From positions 243,170 to 307,169 of the forward strand of contig JAHQWJ010000120.1 of the NCBI GenBank assembly GCA_029856125.1: a DNA stretch of 64,000 nt, in the 5' to 3' direction. The notes under the pieces were generated by a model. The model saw only the letters and a list, made by a program, of their open reading frames with translations, did no database searches and was not told where the DNA came from. This document shows positions 61,626 to 64,000 of the stretch, piece by piece. A program made the position numbers and the translations under genes. Within the stretch, counting starts at the first letter, position 1. Every line of letters begins with the position of its first letter. This DNA is from Promethearchaeia archaeon. GTDB lineage: Archaea; Asgardarchaeota; Lokiarchaeia; Sigyniarchaeales; SOKP01.

Positions 61626-61808
61626 TTAAGTTCCCCTCATGTTCCGTTATTCAATTTGCTCTAACTAAATAGATTATATAAAAGTTATGCCTATAGTACG
61701 AATGGATGTATTTTTAAAATCCAAATACAGAAAGCCGAATGAAGGTGTATTCATAGTTTATACAAAAATGTAAACTGTATATACAAAATAATACTTCTCT
61801 TAAATTGC

Positions 61809-61829
61809 GAATGAAATCTAATTTCATTC
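61809..61829. promoter_or_regulatory. perfect 9-bp inverted repeat GAATGAAAT-N3-ATTTCATTC, candidate operator
   Basis: Just downstream of TTAAAT and 46 nt upstream of ATG 61876. Confidence 0.45.
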
Positions 61830-61875
61830 TTACATCCAATTTGAATTTTTAAAACCATTAGAAGAGGTAAAAAAT

Positions 61876-62199
61876 ATGGTATACATTGTTGTTGAATCAA
61901 TAGCTCCACACAATCAAGCTGCAGAATCCGGAAAAAAATGGCTTGAGGTTACTAAAAAATTTCCTCCAGATAGAAGCATTAGCAAACAGGTCATGGTAGC
62001 TATACGACCTTCGAGTAGAGGAATGATTTCACTAGGTGTTTGGGACGTAAAAGAAGGGAGAGAAAAAGACGCACTCGTCCGAATGAACGAGTCAATGTTA
62101 ATGTTTGCCGAAATCCCGGGATATAAATACAGCATAAAAACATTCTTGTCTTCATTTGAAGCGATGGGTATTATAGGACTAAAACCACCTGAAGATTAG
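61876..62199 (+). CDS. small alpha/beta (ferredoxin-like) hypothetical protein
   Basis: 107 aa, GAGGT RBS, downstream oligo-T tract. Confidence 0.75.
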   Translation: MVYIVVESIAPHNQAAESGKKWLEVTKKFPPDRSISKQVMVAIRPSSRGMISLGVWDVKEGREKDALVRMNESMLMFAEIPGYKYSIKTFLSSFEAMGIIGLKPPED

Positions 62200-62263
62200 T
62201 TCGAAAAAAAATTACTCCTAATTCTTTTTTTTTATAATTTTTAGCAAATATTGAATTACAAAT

Positions 62264-62827
62264 CTATTTTCCTAGTATAATCTGCTCCCACATATTATTC
62301 CTGCTTTTAATTACTATGACAACCGTAAACAATCCCATTATTAGATTGGTCAGAATATTAGCAATTAAAAATCCCAGTTTTATATCACCATCAACAGCAA
62401 AAACAAGAACTAATACTCCAACAATACTATAAGGATCTACGAAGGGCCACAGAACTAAACTATATGGATGCATTGGAAGGTCCAATAGGATATGGAAAAC
62501 ATTTCCAAGCATACAAGAAAATATAAGAACTGGGGTTAATTTACACACCTCCTTTACCTTAACCTTATCGAGCCGAAAAAGTAAAGAAGCTATAATCGGA
62601 TAGAGAAGAACGGTAGCTAAAGCTGAGATTATTGTTCCTATAGTGAGCGCGCCAATCAGACTGTGCAAAATGAAATGATTGTCGATACCTTCACTAAAGA
62701 AAAGGAATAAAATTGGCACCTCAATATCGGGTATAAATGACCCAACAATTAAACCCGGTAGATTCAATCTTTTGTTTAGTTTTGAGAGCCCCCATGCGAC
62801 GGGGTAATGCAGAGGCGTAGCAGGTAT
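62264..62827 (-). CDS. DUF4184 / metal-dependent hydrolase-like membrane protein; start extended to ATA 62827
   Basis: In-frame extension (M)PATPLHYPVAW; GSFIPDIE, HSL, HILLD...H motifs; AGGTG RBS 7 nt before the ATA. Confidence 0.8.
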   Translation of the reverse strand: MPATPLHYPVAWGLSKLNKRLNLPGLIVGSFIPDIEVPILFLFFSEGIDNHFILHSLIGALTIGTIISALATVLLYPIIASLLFRLDKVKVKEVCKLTPVLIFSCMLGNVFHILLDLPMHPYSLVLWPFVDPYSIVGVLVLVFAVDGDIKLGFLIANILTNLIMGLFTVVIVIKSRNNMWEQIILGK

Positions 62828-63250
62828 TATTAAACACCTTTTATTATAACTACTAGTGTAATTTAATAGAATTTAAACTTAAATCCTTTCGATGTTAAAT
62901 TAAAGAGGTTTTTAATAAATTTCCTTCTATCCAATCTTCGTTATATTAATTAAGTACAAAAGGTGATTCCTGCCAATAATCTTCAACTCCGCTCTCCCAA
63001 ACTTAACGGTATTTTTAACCGCTAAGCTAAAAAACTTATTAAGTAAGGTCAATAAACCATAGGAAAGTGAGTAATCGCCTTATATTGACAGGAACCTTGC
63101 GTTTATACGAAAGACCGGTCATAAAATATACAATTTTTGTCGTATACTTTATCAAAGGAAAATGGTATTAATAAAAATTTAGGTATATAAATCTTAATAG
63201 AACATAGTCATTATTACAATAGAATAAAAGGCAAACTAGTACTCGATATT

Positions 63251-63328
63251 ATGGACGAGTTTATAATCAACGACTTCCTCACTTCTAAACTATTTGAACT
63301 TTATAAACTTATATTCTCGTTCTTCTGA
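63251..63328 (+). pseudogene. 5' stub of a Loki-type N-terminal-domain gene
   Basis: MDEFIINDFLTSKL matches MHTFKVNDFLTLKL of the 1833-aa protein at 9/14 positions, then similarity stops. Confidence 0.6.
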
Positions 63329-64000
63329 AAGAATTTCTAATATTAGAGCACTCTTACTCACGTGACCATTCAGTAATGCTAACTCTTTTATATCTTTTTC
63401 TTTATACCGCTTTATATTCAAGATACCGTCAATATAATATAATATATCTCTATTGGTTCCAGCAGAATTTAGTAATAATTGCGTTGTACCAGGTACAGAA
63501 TGACTATCCTCCGTGTAAATATATATTAGTATTTGATCAGGAGAGGAGGGGTAATATTTGCCACTTCCAACAACATTTACTTCCAATTTTTCTTTATCGA
63601 ACTGTTTTGACGTTCCTATGAATTCTGAATATCTTACATTTCCAGTGGGTTCAAATTGGAACGCATCGTGAATGTAAAGCTCGTCTGTCCATAAATCCTC
63701 CTCTGGAAGGCGGATGTAATGCTCTTCTTCAGTCTTATAATAAAAGACAACGTAATAATATCCATCAAATTGCAGATTAGTGTTTAGGATTTGCTTATCT
63801 CTATTCCAAAATTTAAAGTACCCATCAATCAATTTATCAACAAAAGGGCGATATTCATCGTATCGGTATCTATTATAACTACGACGACGCTGACCTGTAA
63901 ATTTTTTTCTGGTTTTTTTAATAAATTTTTTTATGATAGGGAGTAAGCCAATGAGTTCGCTATCATTAAGAACCTTTAAATATCCATTACGTAGAATCAG
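63290..64000 (-). CDS. hypothetical protein, 3' part (frame open to the right edge)
   Basis: The frame stays open upstream of TTG 63832: LILRNGYLKVLNDSELIGLLPIIKKF...RPFVDKLIDGYF. Confidence 0.75.
   Translation of the reverse strand: MILRNGYLKVLNDSELIGLLPIIKKFIKKTRKKFTGQRRRSYNRYRYDEYRPFVDKLIDGYFKFWNRDKQILNTNLQFDGYYYVVFYYKTEEEHYIRLPEEDLWTDELYIHDAFQFEPTGNVRYSEFIGTSKQFDKEKLEVNVVGSGKYYPSSPDQILIYIYTEDSHSVPGTTQLLLNSAGTNRDILYYIDGILNIKRYKEKDIKELALLNGHVSKSALILEILSEEREYKFIKFK

Noticed and set aside
62890-63122. Minus-strand protein-like fragments (MTGLSYKRKVP...; VWESGVEDYWQESPF...)
   Set aside because: Several stops and frame changes and no recognisable family; at most a decayed gene.
1155-63621. 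Many short ORFs in the track (e.g. 2755..3099, 11699..12019, 13328..13819, 28822..29199, 47187..47423)
   Set aside because: They are antisense or alternate-frame shadows of well-supported genes, with Ser/Phe/Ile-rich composition and no motifs.
1-64000. CRISPR array, tRNA, rRNA, transposase/integrase or reverse transcriptase (DGR)
   Set aside because: No regularly spaced repeats, cloverleaf, long GC-rich structured block or catalytic motifs seen by eye; a covariance-model scan would be needed to exclude small RNAs.
1-64000. Genome-wide TAG recoding to explain the amber codon at 15674-15676
   Set aside because: TAG is the normal stop of clearly complete genes here (rubrerythrin 24786, uS15 30459, GHMP kinase 6455).

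Overview
AT-rich archaeal DNA. The gene content points to an Asgard archaeon of the Lokiarchaeia: uS15/eS1, a histone-fold protein, longin/roadblock proteins, SDS22-type LRR, an expanded 7TM family and a Loki-type N-terminal domain. The window holds (i) a nickel-pincer/nickel locus (larB 3' end, larC, His-rich nikR), a histone gene and a GHMP kinase; (ii) an accessory island at 6.5-23 kb with two convergent paralogous WD40 genes (one a 1833-aa Loki-domain/TPR/Zn-ribbon/WD40 fusion), gene relics, a prenyltransferase-repeat surface protein and a degenerate GIY-YIG protein; (iii) housekeeping genes; (iv) a 16-kb five-gene operon: MacB/LolD-type ABC ATPase, two permeases, a large DUF11-like surface protein and a membrane-anchored S8 protease with a cytoplasmic Zn-ribbon tail; (v) RNase III and a lipid-flavoured cluster (SCP2, two GDPDs, acyl-CoA synthetase, MFS, 7TM protein, a YghO/bacterial ceramide synthase-like GNAT and a second GNAT); (vi) a rearranged right end where a 5' stub of a Loki-domain gene abuts the stop codon of a convergent gene. 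Two genes appear to need ATA/ATT starts. I saw no rRNA, tRNA, CRISPR array or transposase. All family calls are from motif recognition by eye, not database searches.
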